Assembly (NCBI GenBank): GCA_016748015.1 | Contig: JAAOMT010000649.1 | Span: 73,266-136,897 of the forward strand | Length of the DNA stretch: 63,632 nucleotides | Direction of reading: 5' to 3' | Origin: Geosiphon pyriformis uo1 | Lineage: Eukaryota > Fungi > Glomeromycota | Shown here: positions 53,686 through 63,632 of the stretch, piece by piece | How positions within the stretch are numbered: position 1 is the stretch's first letter | Layout: every line of letters begins with the position of its first letter | Notes under the pieces: model-generated | Database searches by the model: none | The model's input: the letters and a program-made list of their open reading frames with translations, nothing else | Told to the model about the DNA's origin: nothing | Position numbers and translations under genes: made by a program

Positions 53686-55619
53686 ATTTTTGAGCTTTAA
53701 AACAAGGAATAATAAATTTATTAATGATACATTTCAAGCTTTAATTTCCTTGATCTTTTTCTAAAAGTCGTTTTACGCTATAAAAAAAAAAAAACTTTAA
53801 TTTCCCACGATGCTCAATTTTTGAATCAAATTAAAATTGAATAATAAACCATTAAGGGTAAAATTAATATTTTTTATGCTTCCATGTGACCAATATTTTT
53901 TGAATTTTAGATTGAAAAGATAATAGCATCAATTTTTACTAAATGAAATATATTTATGTATCAAAATATAAATAAAATTTTATAAATGATGAATATTTGT
54001 CTCGCAACTTCCTGGATGAAGAAAAATTTTTTAAATTTTGGATAAGTGTGGATCTTCAAGGAAAAAGGTTAATTATTATGATTTTATATTATTCTGATTT
54101 TGAGCATTTATCGATCAAAAAAACAAAAAAAAGATTACAATTTAAATTGATGTTTTTGCGATGAGAATCATCCATTATGAAGAAAAGATGATATAATATT
54201 TTAATTAGTGATTATTAGTTGATTACCAAAATATTGATGTATAATTAAATGTGATTTGTCATTAAAAGAGAAAATAAACCTTTAAACAAATATTGTAAAA
54301 AGTTCTTTTCAGTAATAAATTATATTTATTTATGCAATTGTAATAGATATTTATTACCTTAATCAAAGCATTGGCACAATTTCTAGTATTATTAACGCAA
54401 TTTTTAATCAAATATAAATTTAAAAATGAATTAGATGGAATCTTTTTTATTAAGTTTTTGATATCTACGGAAACATAGACTATTTCAGTTTTTGCAAAAA
54501 GTTTTTGAAATTCCTTTTATTTTTATTTTTGGTTTAATTTATTTTATCACAAATTAAGTTGGGAAAGCTTTGTAACTCTTATGAATTTTACGAACCTTTA
54601 ATAGAATTCAATTATCGAGTTTTCTTTTAAATTAAAAAAAGAGTTTTTTTTAAGCATTTGTTATTAATTTCATGCGGCTTTATAACTTAATTAACAATAT
54701 GTTGAAAAAAATACGTTCAGTGACTGATTGATAGTTAAGTTATCCAAGTGCAAAATTATTGCTCTAAATCAACATCAATCTATTCCAAAGTTGTAAATTA
54801 TCATGGTTTGAGCATGGCTAAATTATTGAAAATTAGATACAGCCAAAAAGAATTTGCAAAATATTAAAAGAATTCAAAATACAGTATATGATACCATTCA
54901 ACAAGCTTTCCAAGAGGAAATTTGTTTAATTTGTTTGTTCCAGAGCTTATTTGTTGATCTTGAACAGTTGCCATAAAACACTAATCTAAAATACGTATCT
55001 AATATTTCTCAAAATATCAAATAACTTTAATAAAATTAATAAACTTGATTTTTTTCAAAAAAAGCTAACACATTTTAATAAAAGTTTTTTTTTGTTTAAA
55101 TCTTAGCATTTAAATAATTAGAAAATTTAATTAAACTTAAAATTATTTTATTGTAATATTTATAAAAAAATTTGTTTAATTTTTTAAACTCAAAATTTTC
55201 TCAATTGAAAAATGGAAATTTTTATAATTCATCAAAATTAATTTTTATTGATAATTTATTAATAATATTTTGAAATTGATTTATATGTCAATATTAATTT
55301 ACAAAATTTTTGATCACGTCTTTGTACAAAATATTGTTTTTATATAAAATATTTTGAAAAAAATTTTATTATATGTGATTATTATAAACTTTATAAAAAT
55401 ATATTGTTTTGGTTTTTGGATTATTTTGCCATTTAAATTAGAATTTAATTTATTTGTTTAACCAAAAATACCAAATATTTCAAATTGGCGCAAAAACTAT
55501 ATAATCTCACATTATTTTGAGAAATTTCGAGAAATCAATCAATAATTATTCAAAAAACCTGTCATTTATTTAAAATCTACTTTTACCATTGTTATTTTCA
55601 TTACATATGAAAAAATCTA

Positions 55620-55621
<2 letters not shown>

Positions 55622-55672
<51 letters not shown>
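55622..55672 (+). repeat. (TTA)n microsatellite, about 17 units
   Basis: Direct reading. Confidence 0.95.
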
Positions 55673-55674
<2 letters not shown>

Positions 55675-56738
55675 ATTAAGTTTAACCATAATTCCAAGGT
55701 TTTTAGTTAAATTATTACAATTAAAAAAACTCAATTCATTTTGATTGTTTTATAGAGATTTTTTTAACTCTTCAAAATTCTATGTTCTTTTATTAAATTT
55801 TTAATTCAGTCTTTTACAATTATGCATTATAGCACTAGAATTTTTATTCTATGTTAATGCCTTTGTTATTTAAGTAGTAATTCAATTATTAATTAATGTC
55901 TAATTATTTGAAATACGTGTGTTTTTCATCAAAATCTTTATTTTTGCAGACTGTGAATTATCAAACTTTTTTTAAAAACAAAATTGCTGTAAATTTTTCA
56001 AATTGAAATCTAATTTGAGAAATAAAATGCATACTAATTTAAATTCTTGTCGACCCCATTTGTTAAAATTCATATAATTTTTAATGTCTATCTACTGAAA
56101 AAAATGTAAATTGCAACTTTTCTGAATAAAATTGCAATCACGATATATTTATTAAAGAGAAGAAAAATATAAAATAATATGAAAAATATTCATTTATATT
56201 TAATATTTTTATCATGCTAAAGCGAAATTTCCATTTACAGAGTTTAAATGTACTGAGAGATGATGAATATAGTCACAAAATTTGGCCAAGAAAATAGTTT
56301 TAACAAAGTTTCAAATGGGATATTTTTATTTATATATTGGATTTTTTTGCAAAAGTGTTAAGTTTTAATGCTTGTTAAATTTAAATAATGGTGCAATTAC
56401 TTGATTAAAAACTAGCACGGCAGAAAAGGTTCAAAGTAAAATTTTTATGAAAAATGGAGATGGTAGTAGGGGTTCAAATTGAAACTTTCTACAAGATTAT
56501 CATTGACAATGAAATTTTTATTATTTGTTGTTCCCAATAGCAAGTAAGCCTACATGTGCTGGAAAATCAGCCTTTTCTAGCCAATAAAAATTTCATCAAT
56601 ATTTGAGAATTTCAAATATATTGCTTGATTAAGATGTCAAAATAAATTTAATTCAAAAGATATATTAGCTTTGTAATATTGATTTCAAGTATTTCTTTTG
56701 AATTTAAAAACTCTTTTTTAAAATTAGATTGGGATACA

Positions 56739-58072
56739 ATGACAGAACCAAAATCACAAACCAGATTTATTCATGTTCAACTTTTATTAAATAAATTTTT
56801 CGATATCAGATCATTTCTATAATAATTTTATTTATCTTGGAATTATTAAAAATCTGGTCTACATCTCAAAAAATTAACAATTTTTATGCAATCTTACAAA
56901 CTTCTTGTGAGACAAAGATAACACTTACCCACCCTAATGTAACAGAAAAAATGGAAGCAAGGAGCTTGGACATAGCAGAATTCAGAATGAGAATAGACGA
57001 AAAAAATTTGAAGGTGGTAGCTGAAAATCTCACGAAAATACTAATCGATTCGAAGGATCCGATTTTGAAAAAATTAGCGGAATACGCATACTATGCAAAT
57101 TTAACTTATAAAATGTACGGGAAAGCTGGAAAGATCGCACCAGGAGCACTGGGTTCGAAAACTTGGTTTTTGATTTCTTTAATATTCCGATTAAATATTA
57201 ATTTTTTGTTTTAAAAATAAAATAAAGCAACCATAAATCAAGTCGAAAAAAGATTGATTATCACCTCTCGAAGAAAAGATAGCAGATGGCTTTTCTGACA
57301 TAAAAAATATATATCTTATAGAAAAGTCCCAGAGGCCTTTGTCGAAAAAAGTTTGTTTCAGCCTTACCTAGAATGTAAAGATAAATTTTTTTCACTTGTT
57401 CAAAAAAGTTTGTCAAAAAATCCTGAAATTGAACAAATTGGAATAATTGGGCATTCTTTGGGTGGTGGTAAGTAAAAAGAATTCAATCCTACAAAAACTT
57501 GAAATCCCTAATTTTTTTATATTTTTTTTTAAACACAGCATTGGCAATATTTGCTGCTCTTGACTTAAAAAAGTTTCGAACAGAAAGCACATTTCTTAAA
57601 GGTCGGCAAATTGATATTGAAGTCGTTACTTTCGGCGCACCACGTATTGGGGATCGAATATTTGCTCATTACGTATAAAGCGTATTAAGGAAACCTGGTA
57701 TGACAACAGAACTAGTCCTATATCGTGTAACACTGATGAACGATATTATCCTACAAAATCCATCCAAACTTTCCTATCCTTATGGATTTTTTCACCATAT
57801 GACTGAATATTGGATCACAATCGATTGTGATTGTCCTAAATCTTCCCTGGTTTATAAATGTCTTGGTAAGATCGAAAAGAACAGGCTGATTAGTGAACCA
57901 CAGGTATGAGCCTTTAAATTTGAGAGTTGTGCTTTTTTATTATTGAGTGATCATTGTTATTCACCCCACTGACGTTTCCCTTTAGGGTTGCAATTTTGCT
58001 AATAACCGAAAAACAAGTCGAATTTTCGGGCCATATTTTGGACAGATGATGGTTCCTCACATTAAAACCTGA
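56739..58072 (+). pseudogene. Class-3 lipase-like 4, pseudogene (GHSLGG retained, catalytic His absent)
   Basis: LAEYAYYANLTY, IIGHSLGG (Ser 57455-57457)|intron, VTFGAPRIGD, YRVTLMNDII, HHMTEYWITIDCDC, last exon GCN..SRIFGPYFGQMM..*. In-frame stops at ~57296 (TGA) and ~57677 (TAA); 5' frame disrupted. Confidence 0.85.
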
Positions 58073-58872
58073 TTATTATACGTTCAAAAGTGGTTAGGTT
58101 TTTATAAAATAATTGTCAATTCTTTATTCAAGAGAACTAGTTTGAAGAAAAAATCAGATTTTGAAAGCTTGTAAGTTTCTCTTTACTTTTACATATGATT
58201 ATTGAAATGCAATTCTTTTAGCCTAATTTGTACTAAAACTTTAAAGATAAGAATTTATAACCAATATCATCATAAGGTCAATTATTATCTTTGTAATCTA
58301 CATACGTATGAATAAAAAATTTAACTTTAATTACCCAAGGTATGTTATTTTCTATCTAGATATATTTCATTTGGAATAATTCATGTCAATCCATTCAAAT
58401 CAAAAACGTCCATTCTTTTCCAACTTCAGAAATTAAATTTTCTCATTTCTCCTTTAATTAACTAACTGATTGAAAAATTCTGCGGAGAAACAAAATTCGT
58501 GTATCCTTTCTCTTTTAAATCAACTTAGAAAAATAGTGGTATTCTTTTCAGCATGACTTCAAAGATTACAGATACTTGGCTCATAATTTATTACATGTAC
58601 TATATTTGCAGAATTTCGAGTTTCAATTCCACTCTTTCTACTATATTTCTTTCCCTTAATTACACCAAAATTTACATTAAAATCGAGCATATTAAAAATA
58701 AAAATTGGTCAAAGGAAAATACCCATTCCGAATGTATATTCGCACAAAACCCTAAAATAGATTTATCCAGTCACTTAATATAATTTTATTTTTGGGATGC
58801 CATCTGACGAAGGAATCAATAGAAAAAAGTTAAATTGTTTATTGTTCAATACTCGACATATCTTTTCACATC

Positions 58873-60812
58873 AATTTTATTTTAATATAATTGGGGAAAG
58901 GAGTCTTGGGCCAAGTTTTTACATGAATCCGAAGGTATTCAGGGCTCTCTCTCTGTCCCAAGTAAGGGTTGAAAAACCGGTCAATTTTCAGATGTATTTG
59001 GTGCGTTTTTTCAATTTTTACAACCTGTTTTGCTTTTTATTTCTATATTTTTAAGTTTTTACTATTCAGAACTTTGAGATAAAAAATTTCAACCTCAAAC
59101 GATCGATAACAGTTCAATATGAAACAAACTTCCATAAAGACATTACCATCTTTATACCAAACTTTCCTACAGAAACTTCGAATATCTAATGAATTACCAC
59201 CACATTATTAAAATAATATCTTTACATTGTTTTATACTATAGTATTACTTTATTACTTTGATTAAAACTGATATTATATGTATTTGAGTTTAGACATTCA
59301 TTCAATAATAAACTTTTATTTTTGAGAAAGCTATGTAGAAAAAGTTGAGTTCCCTCTAAAATTCATAAAGATTGCAAGAATAAAAATTTTGAATCTTTGC
59401 TTTCGAATTTGAAATTTGGAAGCATAATAAAGAAAGGTATGGATGGTAAAACTAATAGTTTTGTTCAACTAAATTTATTTTTTAGTGATTGAGACTTCTT
59501 TTACAGTTACTTCTGACATGAAAAATAAAGCTATACAAAAAATTACCTTTACAGTTCTACCAAGACCACACGAAATCATATTGTTAGAAAGGGCAAAAGC
59601 AACAGATTTTATTAATAAAATTTTAATATGCAATTCTTTTACTCGCAACGTTACGACATATAATTTTATCCATTTTCAACAATAAATTGCCCCAAATAAT
59701 CCATATTTTGTGGCATTCATTTTTTTAATAGGATTTAGATCTTGGCAAAAACAATAGCATGTATTTAAGAATGAAATAATTTTTCAAATATTTTATCTTC
59801 CGTGTAAAATGAATTAAATCAATGAATCAAAATGAAAATTTTAAATATAAAAATATCACTTACAAAGGTGTTAATATTTGTTGGAAATATCGTGTGTTTC
59901 ATAATAACAAGGATCAAATTTCGTGGAAAACATAAGACTTGTAAACAAGAATGGAATTTCAGTTCGGTATATTTATATACAGTAAGTTAATTAATATGTT
60001 ACCTAAATTCAAAGGTCGAGTTCCTTCAAGCGAGGTGATTTGATCTTTTTTAATTTTTTGTACATTTATCTATATTACTATTAAAATTACTTATTGGATT
60101 TTTTTTACATTCTGTGTCTTTTTATTAGCACAACCAGAATTTTGAGTAACTTGTTGCGAATTTCTATTTCATTCTAAAAAATCAGATTGAATAAGCATAA
60201 AATATAATGCAAAAACATAAATACTCAAAAAAGGTTTTTGATTTCCCTTGTATCTTCATTGATTAATTCCCCCTCACTATTTTCTGAATAATTAGATTTA
60301 TCATGTTCATAGTCATTCCTTAAATTGCTTTTTTGCTTCTTTAATTGAGGAATTTCTTAATATCTTCCGAAGCCATTCAATTTTGTCTAAATTATGAAAT
60401 AAAAAAATAAAGTTGGACTTAGTTTTTTCAAACCCTACAGAGCGTAATTTTTAAATAATATACTCCTTGGCATTAAATAACAATTAAAGGCTACCAACTG
60501 CTCTTTTGAGATTATTAAAAAAATTAATTATCTACTTGGTCATATAGAAAGCTTAACTTGCCTCCTTTTGTTCAATGATTATTTTTCCCATAATTCTTCA
60601 TACTTCACCTGTTAAATAGTTCGTAAAAGCTTATCAATATAGAAATAAAAGCAATATTGATCGCAAATAGTGAAGAAACGCGCTAAATGCATGTAAAAAC
60701 TTACCAGGGGTTTTTCAATCGTTACTTGGAAAAATGAAATTACTAAATACCCTCGGATTCATGTAAAAACTTATCACAAGACTCCTTTCCCCAATTATAT
60801 TAAAATAAAATT
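58873..60812. mobile_element. Putative non-autonomous TIR element (~1.94 kb) with ~140-bp terminal inverted repeats
   Basis: 58873-59012 (aattttattttaatataattggggaaaggagtcttg..aagtttttacatgaatccga.ggtatt..ccaagtaa...ttgaaaaacc..gcgttt.ttca) matches the reverse complement of 60671-60812. The outer 36 bp are identical and ATC lies on both outer flanks. No transposase is visible inside. Confidence 0.7.
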
Positions 60813-61014
60813 ATCTATATCCTTACAACATCAGTTAAATAAGATCCAATCTTTTTGCCTCTTTCAGAAAAATTGCCCAGTCTAGGTGTTATCAAGAACA
60901 TCCCATTTAATATTAAATGATAGCAAATTGATGACAGTAACGCGATTCAGAATCAAAAAATTGGTACACAACCTAAGATTTAATTCATAGTCTTTTAAAT
61001 ATGCTATTAGAACC

Positions 61015-62327
61015 ATGAAATACAAAACTTAATTAATATTTGTTTTTCCTATTTATATTTTAACTTTTGTTTGAAGATTGCTATTCATCAGTAGACTGAA
61101 AAAATGAGAAAAATGTTTAAGATGTAAATTTTTGAGATAAATGTCCGCAAGTATTACAGATTGACTTGTAACAAATAGTTTCGAAAATTGGTCAGTACAA
61201 AAGCAACTCGAAGAAAAGATTTAACAGTAATATGTATTAGTGATAGAGCTATATATTTTGTTCTTTGTGTCTACATTTTATTATTATTGGTACAGGTATG
61301 CTCTTATAACTTCATCTTGGGTGGTTTTTCTTATGTACAATTCCTCTTTCCGTTTACTAGAGCTAACTTGTTTCGATTTGTTATAAGAAAATAGTAGTCT
61401 GCGATACAGAAAAAAGGTGAAGATAATTAGCAAAGATAAATTTCAAATTGTTATTACATGAAAAAAATTTAATATGACCTATCGATTCCTTACCACCAAT
61501 ACTATTAAAAAGTCTGAAAATCTTATTAGTCATTTTCTTTGAAAGTTGGTCTTAGTGAGCTTATGCAGAAATTTGTCCTTAGTTTAGCTCTCGTATTAAA
61601 TGCATAGTCTAATAATAGCAACAAATCAGATCATGGCTAATTTTCTGATTAAAAACTAACTGATCTTTGTCGATTGTAGAAACGTCAGACTGTGAAATAA
61701 TAGAAGGATAACTGACTTCTTAACTTTTTATTGGGGCTATTTGCTAAGGATTTATCTGCAGAGGTAAGTTTATTAGCATACTTTTGTGGCAGGAGAATAA
61801 TTGTACTAGATCATTAAAAATATTTAAATTTCCCACAGCCCTGGCATTATTTTCAGCACTGCTAGTATTAAAATCAGATTTCAAGCCCAAAACTATTCAG
61901 ATTCTTACCTATGGTCAACCACGTGTGGGAAATAAAGGATTCGCTCAATATGTTAATCAAGAAATTCCAAACTTGTATCGTGTGATAAATGGCAAAGATA
62001 CTGTGGCGAATAGTCCCAGTAGATGTTCAACAGGATGGGTACATCATGAAAAAGAATATTGGATTGATCCTAATTCGAAAAAAACGTATAGTTGTGCTGG
62101 GGCGTTTGACGGCAGTGGAAGTTTTGTTGATGAGAGTCAAGTATCTCGCATCATATATACTGAATATACAATTCTAAATGGCCCAATGCGAATTTCTTAA
62201 TTTACTTTCTTCTTTTATTTAGAAATGCTTAAATGCTCCAGGTCAATATAATTCAGCATTGAATGCTGGTCCATATTTCTCTATCACAATGGGGAAAACT
62301 TGTCTGCCACCGGGAGGAAGGACGTGA
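61015..62327 (+). pseudogene. Class-3 lipase-like 5; 5' half decayed, last two exons open (His->Asn)
   Basis: Exon from 61839: ALALFSAL..LTYGQPRVGNKGFAQYVN..YRVINGKDTV..HHEKEYWI; last exon KCLNAPGQYNSALNAGPYFSITMG..T*. Upstream there are only stop-ridden relics (signal-peptide-like at 61015) and no readable GHSxG. Confidence 0.8.
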
Positions 62328-63632
62328 TGTTAAACTTTCAAATTTTTGTACAGAATCAACCGTATTTTTTTCTCTTCCAACAGAATTTTCAAGTTTAGAA
62401 GACTTACTTTTTTCGAATTTAATCCTTTAAAATTTCATTAGAGTAGCTCTTTGAAAAGACTAAAGTTATATTGTAATTATCCAAGTATTCTCTTAATTCT
62501 TATCCTCGTCTGATTAAATTAATAGAATAATTGATTTTTTAAAAAGAATTAATTTTTTATATTTACAAATTTTTTTGAAGAGATCTAAAGGTCTTTGTAT
62601 TAATAATAAACTTTGCTACATGCCAAGAAATACTGTATGTATTACATATAAAGGAACAAATTTTGTCGATTGAAACTGGTAAAATACTACATGTAATTTG
62701 AAAAGTATAAATGAATTATGATCAAAAAAATTAAATATGAAAATTGTAGATTAATCAAAAATTTAAAGGAATTAAAAAATCGAGAAATTTTTTCTTTCCC
62801 GGAACAATTAGCAAAATTCACAATATGAATTTTAAGCTATGTATGGTATCTCACTTTATTCCGAAATACATCTTTCCGTCAGTCTATTTTGGTTTTTGCC
62901 ATCTTTTACACGAAAAAATTTTCCTCATATTGGCATGAAAGATTTTTTTTATTTTAAAATTAATCGGTTAAATTTGTCAAAGGAATAATCATTCTCGCAT
63001 TTAAATTCCTAATTTCTAAGTTTTTTTCAAAACAGACTCTCTTAATTAAATTCTTTTGATTTTTGTTTATTTATAATAAAGATGTATTGAAGAATCAGAC
63101 CGAACGTGATTTTTTTCATGTACATTTACCCGCCATTTTTTCTCGAAAATGCTAAATTTTTCATTCGTACTTGATCAAATAATTATATATTTCGATAAAA
63201 ACGGCAAAGAGTTTTCTTTTTATACAGTAAAAAAGCATTTTATGCATTTTTTTTATTATTTATTTAAAAATACTTGTATTGATTATATTATTTTTTTATA
63301 CATTAAGTTTCTTACATATTGTATATCGATCATTTCAAATTTCTGAGTTAAATTTCAATAGGCTTAAACGATAAACAGCAAATAACAAAAATTAATCAAA
63401 TTGGCAACGGGTGAACCATTTTGGCATTGTAAAAACCCTTCCCTGATAATTTTGTTATATACTGATAAAGTTTTATTCCTATATAGACTAGATGGATATA
63501 GAAAAGATAATTGACAAATATGGCGAGCTTCAACATACAAGGGTATTAAGAATCTTAGCAAAGAAGATTCTAATAACTCCCTTAGTATTACAAAAGTAAT
63601 ACCTGTCACTCGCTAGTCAATCATCACAAATG

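Overview
This is an AT-rich fungal genomic window with spliceosomal introns. Its gene and transposon families (ML-domain secreted protein, TKL kinase, Lipase_3 expansion, this LINE family) point to Glomeromycotina, most likely Geosiphon pyriformis or a relative; that assignment is my inference. Gene islands alternate with near-pure A/T transposon wreckage. Host genes: an intact PP5/PPT1 phosphatase, a secreted ML (MD-2/NPC2-like) protein with a 22x6-aa Ser/Pro/Thr/Glu stalk, five class-3 lipase paralogues, a TKL kinase pseudogene and fragments of a Crinkler/REase-like family. Mobile elements: a decayed dUTPase-carrying Ty3/Gypsy, a second Gypsy 3' fragment with an extra ORF, a decayed pogo-type transposon, a full-length RNase H-bearing LINE nested with a 13-bp TSD inside an older copy of its own family, and two TIR/MITE-like elements. 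Two signals stand out. (1) Repeats show two-stranded C->T/G->A hypermutation that is not limited to CpG, i.e. RIP-like, in a lineage where RIP is not established; the nested LINE pair captures it at two ages. (2) Every one of the five lipase paralogues lacks at least one catalytic-triad residue, suggesting a pseudo-enzyme family. All translations and alignments were done by eye, and boundaries of decayed elements are approximate.
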